Shown: positions 24,591 through 36,505, counted from the first letter of the whole stretch. The stretch: 63,093 bases of DNA, filler included, from Choristocarpus tenellus KU-1152 (GCA_964200185.2; 10 parts of 10 records of this genome joined end to end with filler, not necessarily neighbours in it); one strand, 5' to 3'. The notes: generated by a model not told the origin, from the sequence alone. Program-made: numbers and translations.

Positions 24591-26675
24591 ATCTTAGGGC
24601 TTTGAAGTATTCGTTTTTTAAGGTTTAACACCCAATTCACAATAGTGTTATTTATCTTGAGTAGTGAGCATGGGGCAGGCATCAGCTTTGAACCAAACTG
24701 GTACCTTATATAGGGCTGATCTACAGCACAGCAGAAGTCAACACATAGAGTAACGAAATGGCTCCATACTATTAGAGGATCCATATTTTTTGCTTTTCTG
24801 GTCCCTTCGAACTAAAACCACCATGCATCAAGGAATTAGAGTAGAACAGCTCTGCAAGTTTATATTAGTAGCTCTCATATTTATGCATGCCATGTTGCAT
24901 TGATAACGAACTTGCTCAGTATTCTAGGTGAGGAATTGTAGACTGCATTGTTGACTTTGGTGAGAAATGGTATAGTTGCCCCATTGGTATAGTGTTTCTT
25001 GTTGATATTATTTCTACCATGAGAGGGTACAGTAGTAGAGGGGGATCTGCACACCTATCTCAGGAACTCTACTCTTTATGCATGCTATATTGCCATAGTA
25101 TGTTGCAATGTCAACAAATGTACTTGGTGATTTCGGTCAAGAATCGTGGACTGCTGCATCATTACTCTTAACAAGAAATGGTGTGGTCACTTCATCACAG
25201 TTCATTCTTCACATGATCTCTGCCCTTGCAGAGGGAGCTCTTTGACACTCAGACTATCCCTACACGTAACTAGAGTTGTGAAGGGGCCATAGTCTTTTCA
25301 TCCTTTCATTTTTAACCACTGATGATGTTGTTGCTGTTGGTGCCTCAGCATTTGGTGACGACATCAGTGCTACTTGTGCCTTTGACCATATAGCACCTGG
25401 TCTTCTCTACACTTGTTAAAAACTTTGAAGAGTTGTATTGTTACTGTTATACTATGGATGATGCTGTAACCTGTAGTGTCATGTGACTGCTCTTAAATTC
25501 GAGAATACCTTTTATTTTTCGTAGAAGAAGTGCATTTCATCCCTCTGTAATACTGTTGTCAAGTTGATTTTTCTGTTATATCTTGCCCTCCCTCAAGAGA
25601 CAATGTTCTCCAAATGGCAAGGGTTTACATGTCATTAGCCTCTGTAGTGGTTCGCTTTTACAGTGGTTCCCAAGCTGCTTCCAGACCCCTTGTTACCTCA
25701 ACGTCAAAAGGATAATGAGTTGCTTACAAAAATATTTGTGACCCGTGCATTTTCTGTTGAATGTCAAAACTTTCAGATTGATTCTCTGCAATCTGATGTC
25801 CGTTCTGTGCGATAAGTACAGTATTCTAATTGTTCAACTGTACGAAAACACAACGTTTTATTTACTGAGGCTAATCAACGTTGTGGGAACACATGTGTAT
25901 CTCCAAGATGGCCAGCATGCTACCCAATACTGCACATCGATTTATATGTTTTTGCACAATATTTACTAAACTCAACATATTTTGTTCATTTTACCTCATA
26001 CAAGTAATGCTTATGGAGTAGCTAGTAACAAATGATGGATGCACACAATGTGCTTCATCTTACATTGATTCATTGCAGGATTTGTATCAACCTCAGTTCC
26101 AATCTCGCAGTCAAGCCCAATGATATTTTATTCATTGTGAACTTTGGAAAATACTGAGTCAGGGAAATAATAAAAATGTTTTTCTCGGTGTAGAACATAC
26201 TAGGGCAGAAGCCAATGCTCCAGAGCTGTAGTGGAAAGTCCAAGAACTTTGAAGAGTAATACTCTTGTTTGTGCTATGAAACACCCTATACCCCAGACAT
26301 CTCCCACTAAGGAAGTATGCTGCTTCAAGCTCAAGGTGCAAACAACTGTTTGTTTACTTGTCCTAGTACTAGGCGACAGACTTTTGGGTGTAGGGTGGTG
26401 TGAGCACTTCCTTGACTTTCTTGGAACATGTTTGAATATACTGTTCGTTCCTAGTTTGGCAACAGTGGCTCTCCATGCAACACCAACGACTCTCAGACGA
26501 AATGAGGCCATATTTTGGTATGGGAAGAAAGGCGAATCACTTGACTGTACACCCACTTCAGCAGAACCAGGTGGTCGCTGTGGATCTCACTTCTGTCGAT
26601 ACGTTCATTCTTTGGTGTATTGCCTGCTCATGCGTAGTGCGATGGTGCCCAGTCTCAATGAGTAGAAGTCCATGC

Positions 26676-28241
26676 TCAGGCCTCGCCCCTGATACGCTGG
26701 GCAAGGCGAATATCCTTGGGCATGATGGTTACTCGGTGGGCATGGATAGCGCACAGGTTGGTGTCCTCAAAGATACTTACCTATAAAAACATACAATACG
26801 AACGATTCGAAAACGACATACGCATACATACATAAGTACATAAATGAATGATCGGGACTGTTGTGGGATACGCTAAAGGGAAACATACACCACCAAATTG
26901 ACTCAGCAGGGGGGGAAGTCGAAACCATAGACATCAGGCAGAAGGTTGTCAGTAGGGTTCAGTCTCAATGAGAGCAAACCCAGATGTTAGATTCTCAAAC
27001 AGTACGTGAAGCCTTTGTGGTCACAGAGGCGATATGGTGTGGTTAGTTGCGCAACAACTGCACAATAACATTTCCACGGGCTTGCAGTCGTTAGATTGCT
27101 CTATTATTGATACTGAAACTGGACGACAATATTCAGTGATGATGTCTTGATGTCTTGACTGGAAACTTGAACATAATAAGGTTTAAGACAGAAGCCTAGA
27201 TGGACAGTTAAGTGTAGCAACTCACTCTTACACCATGCAGTATTTCTTCGATAAACTAAAAGCAGGAAATCTACCTTTTTGGAGAAGGTATGTATTCTCT
27301 TTTTTTTCCTGTACCAAATATATGCCTGCAGTGGCCCAACATGTTGACTGACACTTTTGTAGTAATTATTTGGTACAAGTAGCCGACAAGCTCGACTTCC
27401 GTCTCAATTAATTTGCTGTTATTTACCCAGTTTGGGCACTTGAAGTTGATACCCTCCCTTTGACCATCAACCTTGAGTGTAGTGCTATATGTGCTGTGTG
27501 TACTTTTCGCGAGAATTTGGATATGGCAAATGAGTAAAGTCAAGTTTCATGTTGTACTGCTGTTGTAGTAAAGAGGGGTAGTTGACAAGCTGGTATTGCT
27601 GAGGGATGGTCCCACTCTGTGTATGGGAGTGCTCCGAAGAAACCACAAAGACTACGATACGTTAGTGCTTGTCTGAGGTACGATGGCTGCCCTAAACGAG
27701 TTGGATTCCAAGAGAAACATTGTTTAAACGTTGGAGCACTGCAAATTGCAAATCCAGTGTATAGGGGCGCTCCGGAGAAAACCACAAAAACTACGATACA
27801 CCAGTGTTTGTCTCAGACTCGATCGTGACCCTAAAAGATTTGGATTTCAAGAGAAACATTGTTTAAACGTTGGAGCACTGCAAACTGCAAATCCGTTATG
27901 ACGAGCGCTAGGGAAGGAGTAGCAGGTCTCACCAAGTAGGCCTCAGCGGCGAATTGAAGAGCGATGACAGCAGTGGACTGGAAACGTACATCCATCCGCA
28001 TGTCTTGAGCAACTTCTCGAATCAGTCGTCGAAAAGGAAGCTTAGGCATGAGCAATTCAGTGGTATTCTGATAGTGGCGGATCTCCTTGAGGGCCTTCAT
28101 TCCTGACCCACGTTTCTTCTTCCTAAGCCTCAATTCGTTGCCATGGTTTATGTCCTTTTCCTTAAAGTCCCTTTTGTTCTGGAAGCCGGTAGACGCGTCT
28201 GTTATTGCCATCTTCGTAGCCGTACGCTTGAAACGTGCCAT
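26676..28241 (-). CDS. H3-like: Divergent histone H3 variant, 137 aa, 2 exons
   Basis: Exon 1 is 27933-28241 ([10 protein letters not shown]...[54 protein letters not shown]|gtgaga). Exon 2 is 26676-26780 (tatag|[34 protein letters not shown]). The histone fold is complete with no stops. Confidence 0.93.
27700..27895. repeat. ~55-bp direct duplication inside the H3 intron
   Basis: TGGATT(C/T)CAAGAGAAACATTGTTTAAACGTTGGAGCACTGCAAA(T/C)TGCAAATCC at ~27702 and 27841. Confidence 0.9.
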
Positions 28242-28825
28242 TCCTCGTGTGGTAGCGAATCCGCCTTGTTCTTCGTCTCGATCTTGAACCCTGGCGGAGA
28301 AACAGGGTCTGGGTGATGCTGCCGACGCACTCTTTGGCGGTTTATCAAGCGTGATGATATTGGTAAGGGGGGTTCAATCACCCCCTAAGTGTCAGAGATA
28401 GGTTTTGGAAACGAAGAACCAGTAGCAAGTGAGCGAAACAAGGAACTAAGAAAAAGTGTGTGCTCTGGGGGTGCTCTGGAGCACCCAGAAACCCCAACTT
28501 CGTTCAGGTTTAACACAATCCCTTACTTCCAACAATTGGTTTGTGGTTTGGGTGGTGAATGATGAGGTGATGGTACCTCCTGCATCCGTAGTCATTAGTG
28601 GAAGAGCCGTAACCTGTCTGATCCCCTGTTTTCTCGAGTGCAAGCTAACGTAACGTCAAAGATATCACGACCTTCTGATGTATGACCAGAACACACCAAA
28701 CATAAACTAGACTCGTTTGTTCTTTAAGTTGCAGTATCAACTATCGCTATAGGATAAACTTGAATAGACTGTAGTGTGCAGCCGCAAAGCGTATTCCTGA
28801 TCTTATGATAGTGGCTCTCCCTCTC

Positions 28826-30053
28826 ATGTCCAACAGCAAATCCACGAACTGCGGGAGACCTCAACATGTGGGCATCCTTGCGATGGACATGTATTTTCCA
28901 AGAGCTTTTGTGTCGCAGGTGCAATAGTAATTGCTTTACTGGGGGCATGGAATGGGTCTAGTCTAGTTTATCTATGTACCACGTGACTTGTAGCATCTTG
29001 TACTCGAAGTTTGATGCGAATCTAGCACAATTCAACTATACCAGTGTTCACCATCGAGTCACCACGCTCGAACACCTGCCCCAACACCTGGCCCAACACC
29101 AGTCCTTCGCTCAACACATTGGTGTAGCAGATGCTGACTTGGTCTCCTCAAGGTATGCGGTCTTTTTGCCCACCTGTAATTTCTGTTCTCTTTCCTCCTC
29201 GTCCTGTCCCAGAACAGTCGGACTTGGAGAAGGCCGACGGATGCGTTGGCAAATACACAGTTGGTCTGGGGCAAAACTCCCTTTCCTTTGTCGATGACAG
29301 GTGATACGAAATATTATGTCATGAAGTCACCGATCGTCTGGTATCACCCCATATAAATAACTCCGTAGCTTGTCTGCTCGTCGTCGTCTGTTGCCTACTC
29401 GTCCTTTCACCTTCTCTATCCAAACTCGGTTTGGATGCTCTGCTCGGTGACTTTGGATGTAGTATCGACGATCAGAGGTTGACTTACTATATATATACAT
29501 ATATATATATAGATCCTCATTGGCAGCACTGCGTAATGTTGAACAGTTAGAGTCCTACTTTTTACAGTCTGTCAGACAGGTAGGAGGGTACCATTTGGCA
29601 TAGGGGAGATAAGGGCCTCATCTTCTGCCTATCTTCACCTATGTCACAAGGGCATTGTGATGCGAAGAAAGGAGTAAAAGCTGGACCATATTGTCTTTGT
29701 CACTACAATGAGTTTGGAGTTCATAAATTCCCCTCCGTCTTGGTGGATGACTCCTGAGCATATACTTGTCTTTTGAGTGGTGGTACGTATGGGGTGCCTA
29801 AAGAGTTGAGACTACATGGTTTCATGTGTTGGACTCTTTGCCCCCTCACTTGCGTATCTACTCACAGAAACAGATAAATGTAGCACTTTTCTCCTACCGT
29901 GTTCCATCTCCACATTTTAAAGACCTTGCAACCACCTTTTGCTCCCCTTGGGTATTTCTTGGAAGGGAGGACATCAACTCTGTTCTCATGAGCGCTATGC
30001 ATGGCCTTCTTGACAAGTACAACATTGATCCGTCCATGGTGGGAAGACTAGAG
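28826..30053 (+). CDS. HMGS: Hydroxymethylglutaryl-CoA synthase (first three exons; 3'-partial)
   Basis: Exons 28826-28918 ([31 protein letters not shown]), 29218-29300 ([27 protein letters not shown]) and 29966-30053 ([30 protein letters not shown]), with consistent phases. The next expected exon (VGTET...) is not found before the contig end. Confidence 0.93.
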
Positions 30054-30159
30054 GTGTGTGGTTGGACGGGGGTGTGTGTGTCTGTCTTTGGGGGTACACT
30101 GAGGACAGGCCGTGGTTGGCAATGTGATTGTAAGAACCTGCCTGGGCGAAGGAGGTTGA

Positions 30160-30377
30160 AATACATAATACATACATAATACATACATACGTACACACAT
30201 ATATACATACATCCAGTACATACATACATACATACATACGTTCACACATACACACATACTGGGTACATACATAATACATTTATACATGCACAGACATGCG
30301 CATACATTCATAAATATGTACATACATACGTACATAGTAAACATCCATCCATCCATACACACACACATGTACATACA

Positions 30378-30408
<31 letters not shown>

Positions 30409-30440
30409 TGAGATATCCATCCTTCCATGTGTACATACAC
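30160..30440. repeat. (TACA)n / (CATC)n microsatellite
   Basis: Long imperfect ATAC run in HMGS intron 3. A similar tract on the opposite strand lies at ~10070-10192. Confidence 0.95.
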
Positions 30441-30570
30441 CATTTTTGTATGCATTATGAGGTCTACTTGCGTTGAAGTACGAGCACACAACATGCACGT
30501 GCTCACCTCGATTTCTTTATGTTGTGTTGGCTCGCTGCACTGGTGTAGGTGAGGGTTAGGGGTGTCGCTA

Positions 30571-31007
30571 AGGTAGTGATGGTGATAGTGGTAGTGGTAG
30601 TGATAGTGGTAGTGGTAGTGGTAGTGATAGTGATAGTGATAGTGATGGTGATGGTGATAGTGGTAGTGATGGTGATAATGGTAGTGATAGTGATAGTGAT
30701 AATGGTATTGATAGTGATGGTGATAGTGGTAGTGATAGTGATAGTGATAGTGGTAGTGATAGTGATGGTGATAATGATAGTGATAGTGATAGTGATAGTG
30801 ATAATGGTAGTGATAGTGATGGTGATGGTGATAGTGGTAGTGATAGTGATAGTGATAGTGATAGTGATAATGGTAGTGATAGTGATGGTGATGGTGATAG
30901 TGGTAGTGATAGTGATAGTGATAGTGATAGTGGTAGTGATAGTGATAGTGATAGTGATAGTGATAGTGATAGTGATAGTGATAGTGATAGTGATAGTGAT
31001 AGTGATG
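30571..31007. repeat. ~435-bp hexamer microsatellite (GTGATA/GTGGTA/GTGATG)n
   Basis: Directly visible; it produces the spurious poly-Val/Ile ORF at 30549-31025. Confidence 0.97.
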
Positions 31008-31929
31008 GGTGCAGGCCGCAGTTAGGGTTAGGGTCGATGCGTTTCAGAAGATGCCACGTCGGGTGAAGAAGTTCGACACCGATAGACCTCTCTCAAGGAA
31101 ATGTTACTTGCACTAACCCCTTTATCCTAACCCTAACCCTCAGTGCTACGGATGTGCGCTCGTCACTCAAGGTGTGTTTTGGTGCAAGCCTGTGTGAAGC
31201 CCTAGCCCCCCTCAATTTTGTCGCCGTTTTAACCCTTTTTTTTTAAATATTATTTTTTATTTGTTCCGGCAAACAGTCAGCACTGGTTTATGTGCCGCGA
31301 ATGTCCCGCGTGTGTCTCGCGAATGTATCGTGTATTAGCAGCAGCCGGTGACGTAACTCCCTTTGTTTAGAAGGCAGCAGCGTCGCGTGAGATGTGCTGT
31401 TTTCGTAGGAGGAGATGTTGTTATTAATACTCACGAAGATTTAGTTTTGTGCAGTGAAACAAGGTAATGTGTGTTAAGATGGTAGATTAGATCAAGAGGT
31501 GTTGAAGAAACACATTAGGAAAGTTTTTTTTAAAATCTGCTTGAGGATGTTTTCTTTATGGTTTGATCTATTCAGGATGTTTTTATGTTCGAACTACTTG
31601 GGATGTTTCTATCAGTGATACATCAATCTTTTCGTGTGAAACCGCGATCATGGAGACTAGGAACTAGACCCCCCCCTTTGTGGATATAGGTCTCACTCTC
31701 CGCTGTCAATTCAATAAAGCACGTGCTACATACACATCTTTCTTGGTGAAGCACCACACTTATTTGTGAGCGTGCGAACCCACCGTTGTGTTCCAGCAGA
31801 TACCTCAAGGACAAACCGCTCTCCCTAGCGAGGTGAAAATATTGCCGTTTCCAGGGTAACAGACCTTTGCTATTATCTATCCGAATGGTTGATTTCACTG
31901 CTTTATGAATCCTCCTTCGCAGTTACACA

Positions 31930-32172
31930 TGCACGATACATTCGGGGTACATTTGCGGTACATATGCGAGACATACGCGATACATACGCGGTACATTCGT
32001 GATACATACGCGAGACGTTCATGGTACATAAACGAGACATGTGCGATACATACGCGGTACATTCGCGATACATACGCGAGACGTTCACGGTACATAAACG
32101 AGACATGTGTGGTACATACGCGGTACATTCGCGAGACATACGCGAGACGTTCACGGTACATAAACGAGACGT
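31930..32172. repeat. ~60-bp minisatellite built from ~10-bp subunits, followed by (AG)n
   Basis: GAGACATACGCGATACATACGCGGTACATTCGCGATACATACGCGAGACGTTCACGGTACATAAAC x ~3.5; an inverted partial copy lies at ~31292-31335. Confidence 0.9.
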
Positions 32173-32209
32173 GCGTAAATGCACACTGCTACTGCTGTGG
32201 TGCACTTTT

Positions 32210-32249
<40 letters not shown>

Positions 32250-33682
32250 TTTTTCCATTTGTCTTATTTTTTTGTGTGGGTGAAGATCTCTATCCCTNNN
32301 NNNNNNNNNNNNNNNNNNNNNNNNNNNNNNNNNNNNNNNNNTTAATTAATTAANNNNNNNNNNNNNNNNNNNNNNNNNNNNNNNNNNNNNNNNNNNNGAA
32401 TTAGATGCTAAGACAAATTCTATAACAAATAAGAATAATAAACCTGGATGCAAAAGTAGCCGTCATCAAAAATAGAGTGCCAAAGAAGGCAATACGCTCT
32501 GCTTAAAAAAAACAAATACTATAGAAGAAAATACAAAAAGCAGTGGAAGAAGAAAAAGTAGGAAGAGAAGAATATACAATTTACTATAATAAGAAGTAGC
32601 AAAATGCTTCTACCTTACGTGTAAACAGGTAAACAGAAATTTTACATACGTCATTGTTATTTGAGTGTAACTGTAAATTTAAGTAATATTGGCAATGTAA
32701 AAAAACAAACAAATAAACATGAGGAGGACAAGAAATTCATGTGGTGCGATAATATTACTATCCTATTACTCTCAAATATATACTACTTTGTTCGCATGCT
32801 CGGAGTACCTCCAACTGGTGATAAGTCACGCAAATGACACCCTATTGTTTGTAACACACAGGGTCCAATGATATGAGAGAGGGGAATTATTATGGAGGCG
32901 GAGGCTATTTAACTTTCTTGTATCCAACCATTTGGAATCTAATTTTTTCTGACGCTGGTCAAGTCAAAATCCCTAGTGTTGATAGCGACTTTGGTCCATA
33001 CAAGAGGATATTCGCTCTACGCTTGCATCCTCCCCTTTCCTCGACAACAACCGAGCTAAGACGCAGGCCTCCCCTGCGTACATATCAGATGAACCAATGA
33101 TTGATTTATGTCACATGTATAGCACCAATGGAGTGTCGCTTGCCACTTGCTTGGATTCTACAACTAGTGTGGATCCTATATCACCAACAGATAGAAGGAT
33201 AACTACCGCACACACCTGCAATGTCGAGAACACAATATCTTTACTCAAGCAAATCCCCAAAGCCACAACTAATATCAAGAAGGGCCTTAAACCGGACTGG
33301 AAGTTAACGTTACCGAATGGTAAGACTGGGGCAACAGACCAGCCCTTGATCTGTTCCGGTAACGATATCGATGGCTCTGGTCTGACCCTTGTTAGGACAC
33401 ACTTTGCCCAGGTTGACCTGTGGGCCCATCCAATTACAACCTCGATGGCTTGGATTCGGCCTTGTTTTAAAGGACATGCTAGGTAGTAGTAGAAGGCTCA
33501 GCCCGCTTATACTCTCTGATGGCCCTAGACCAGTCCTGTTTTAAACGCATTACTTCCAGTACTTATTTCTATATATGCATACTTCAAATAAACATTTTTG
33601 TGGCCCTGTCAGACTAGTCCAAGTGTGGAAAGAAATGAAAATCGAAAGAGTCAAAGTAGTTGAGATATAGGCAAGGTTACAT

Positions 33683-33864
33683 GCTCAAAGTATCTGGGGG
33701 GGGGTGCCGGCTGTCCACTCGGGGCCCATTTTTCCATATCACGATTTTTGTGTGATTTGGTTGCATGCGTCGAAAGGACAATAATGCAAGTTAACTTCTC
33801 CTGCTCAGGGTCCAAGTGGACACCCTGGTGTAGATCCCCCCACCCCCTCCAGATACCTTGAGCC
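33683..33864. mobile_element. MITE family A, complete (opposite orientation to the 15669 copy), TSD ACAT
   Basis: GCTCAAAGTATCTGGGGG...CCAGATACCTTGAGCC flanked by ACAT/ACAT. Confidence 0.9.
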
Positions 33865-34290
33865 ACATTATAACGATTATGGGAAACAGTAGCAAAAGTA
33901 CGCCATCGTGTACATGTCCAGGAAGAGCCTGTCTAGCTGGATTGTGGTGTCACTCTGTGTGTGTGGGAAGGATATCAATTTTGTGCACACCATTGTGCAA
34001 AAAACAATGAAATACAGTGTATTGCACAAGGGTAGTACAGGTGGCTTAGAAAGCAAAAAGGTCCAAACTTGTATACCTCTCTCAATTACATTTGCTCAAT
34101 ATTGGTAAGTCCCACACTACAAACACAGTAGGGCGTGTGAAGTCTATCTCTGAAGTATCATCTGACCCAAACGCCGGTGATATATCTGGGCGTTTAGGGA
34201 AACAAAAGCGAGTTAAAGACATTAGCTGGGAACCCGTCGCGGGTATTGTTTGGACTTGTGATAAGCTTGTTGGGAACGGCAGGAAGATTC

Positions 34291-34549
34291 GAGTGAAAGT
34301 ATCTTAGAGGGTACGAGTTTTGCCCTGCTTGTCCATTTGAGGCTTAGCTTCCCATGTTTTTTTTCATGACATATTCCTACTCCAAAATGTGTCGGAGTAG
34401 GTAAAATGTGTGCGTTATGAAAAGGTGTGTCTGGAACAAGGATATTGACACTTCTTGACAAAAACGATAGCCAAAATTACATCAAAACCGCAACATTGGA
34501 TTTTGGCCCCCAAATGGACGCGGCGCTACCCTCTAAGATACTTTGACTC
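34291..34549. mobile_element. MITE family B (~258 bp)
   Basis: GAGTGAAAGTATCTTAGAGGGTA...TACCCTCTAAGATACTTTGACTC; the internal sequence is shared with four other copies. Confidence 0.9.
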
Positions 34550-35028
34550 AAATCACGGATATAATCTGATTTACAATTTCTGGAAGATGTAACGCACGGA
34601 TTTTCAGGATTGGTGGGATCTCAGGGTGGTCCCACCGATCGCCCGAGGATAAAACAAAGTTGATTTAGGAACATTGGAAATGCACCATAACAATTAATTA
34701 CGTGATTGGTATCTTAAAAAATACAAATCACTAATATAATTGGATTTAAAAAAAATAGAAGCCACAGAAATAATCTGATTTACAACTTCTGAAAAATGTG
34801 ACACACGGATTTTCAAGATCGGTGGGATCGAATGGGCGGTCCCACTGATAGCCCGAAGATGAAACAAAGTTGACTTCGGAACATTGGAAATGTACAATAA
34901 CAATTAATTATGTGTTTGGTATCTTAAAAAATACAAACACTGATATAATTGGAATTTCTAAAAATAGAAATCACGGATATAATCTGATTTACAACTTCTG
35001 AAAAATGTAACGCACGGATTTTCAGGAT
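34550..35028. repeat. ~209-bp tandem repeat (about 2.3 units), bounded by MITEs
   Basis: Units start at ~34550, ~34759 and ~34968 (AAATCACGGATATAATCTGATTTACAA). Confidence 0.9.
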
Positions 35029-35454
35029 GGCTCAAAGTATCTGGGAGGGGGTAGCGGCTGTCCATTTTGNNNNNNNNNNNNNNNNNNNNNNNNNNNNNNN
35101 NNNNNNNNNNNNNTTAATTAATTAANNNNNNNNNNNNNNNNNNNNNNNNNNNNNNNNNNNNNNNNNNNNCGTTGCCTTCAACTCTGGGCAAGATCTTGGC
35201 CAATCTGTACCTCGTTCCTGCCTCCAACATGTGTCACTGTCGTAAGCTACAGACAGGCTGGCGTCCTCGACAATGACTTCTTTCAAGCTATTTTTCCCCG
35301 CAAGCCGCCTCCATTAGACGCGTTAACCACGCCAACCGTATCGTTTGCTCTGCTCAATTGACATGCTGTCGTTCTTCCATTACACTTTCCCATTTTTTAC
35401 GTCACCATCGTCCGCTCCTCTCCTCAACAACGTTCTCCGCTGTGTCCACCACCA

Positions 35455-35866
35455 GATTCTCGAGAAGGACTCGACGCTACGTGCTTACCTCACCACCTGG
35501 GATAGGAAATACCAAGATGTCCTCAACCAGGTCAACCTCCATCACGTCTACAGCGGGCAGGACGATGATGGCGGTGGGGTCGACGTCGAGAGCAACAAGG
35601 GATCGGCATCAGATGGCGGGGGGAAAGAAGACGAGGGAGGGTGTGAACACAAAGGAGGGGATGAAGACGAGGGAGGGGACGAACACGAAGGAGGGGATGA
35701 AGACGAGGGAGGGGATGGACTGCCAGGCAGGGAGGATACGGGCGAGGGAGGTTCTGTCGACAGCGTTCCTAGTGCGGAAGAAGAACAAAATGGCCATGGA
35801 CGGTGGAATGTGGGCGTTTGCTGTACTGAATGCAATCCTCCACCTACGGCTCGGCGAGTAATGTAG
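35455..35866 (+). CDS. Probable terminal exon of an unknown protein with acidic GGDEDEGG repeats
   Basis: Pyrimidine tract, then ccag|ATT CTC GAG; reads ILEKDSTLRAYLTTWDRKYQDVLNQVNL, an acidic repeat and CCTEC before the stop. GC-rich, coding-like codon usage. Confidence 0.45.
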
Positions 35867-36247
35867 TTCTAATGGTGCACTCGCGGATGGCGGGTAATTA
35901 ATGGCGTAAAATTGGTTTTCATCCAATCGCCCGAACGGCTAACTAAGTTGTCTTGCTTCAGCAACGCATTCCACCACACCGTTGGATGTCGTGGGGTCCC
36001 TCTGTATGTGGCGCTGTGGTCGCTACCCCCAGGTCTCTTTGTTTGCCACAGTCCGAGTGTGTTAGTGCATGTGGCAACCGACTGTTGTATCTCACCTGTA
36101 GTTCGTATTGTTTTGTGCCGCCAATTTCGTGGTCCTTCGTAGCCGTGGATCCCCGCGTTGCGTTGTTGCGCCCAATTGATGATGTGGACAAAAATGCTGT
36201 TCTGCCTGTTTGACTCTCTCGTTCGATGCCACGCGTGGCAGGTGTTC

Positions 36248-36505
36248 AAGTGAAAGTATCTTAGAGGGTACGACTTTTGCCCGGTTTGTCCATTTGGGAC
36301 TTGACTTCCCACAGTATTTTTATGACAGTTTCCTACTCCGAAACGTTTCAGAGTAGATAAAATGTATGTGTTATGAAAAGGTGCGTTCGGAACAAGGGTA
36401 TTGACACTTCCTCACAAACACGATAGCCAAAACTACATCAAAATCGCAACATTGGGTTTTGGCCCCCAAATGGACGTGGCTCTACCCTCTAAGATACTTT
36501 GACTC
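36248..36505. mobile_element. MITE family B, complete, TSD GTTC
   Basis: Flanked by GTTC at 36244-36247 and 36506-36509. Confidence 0.9.

Noticed and set aside
27831-28241. H3 as a truncated pseudogene with an aberrant C-terminus, as the ORF track suggests
   Set aside because: The ORF reads into an intron; the missing C-terminus is an in-phase exon at 26676-26780.
26676-28241. Firm CenH3 annotation
   Set aside because: Loop 1 is not extended and F84/T107 are canonical; only R63P, Q68R and the divergent tail point that way.
29894-30506. MYVC-repeat ORFs (also at 10072-10454 and 31895-32345)
   Set aside because: These are translations of (TACA)n microsatellites and the minisatellite.
30549-31025. 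158-aa poly-Val/Ile membrane protein
   Set aside because: It is the translation of a hexamer microsatellite inside an intron.
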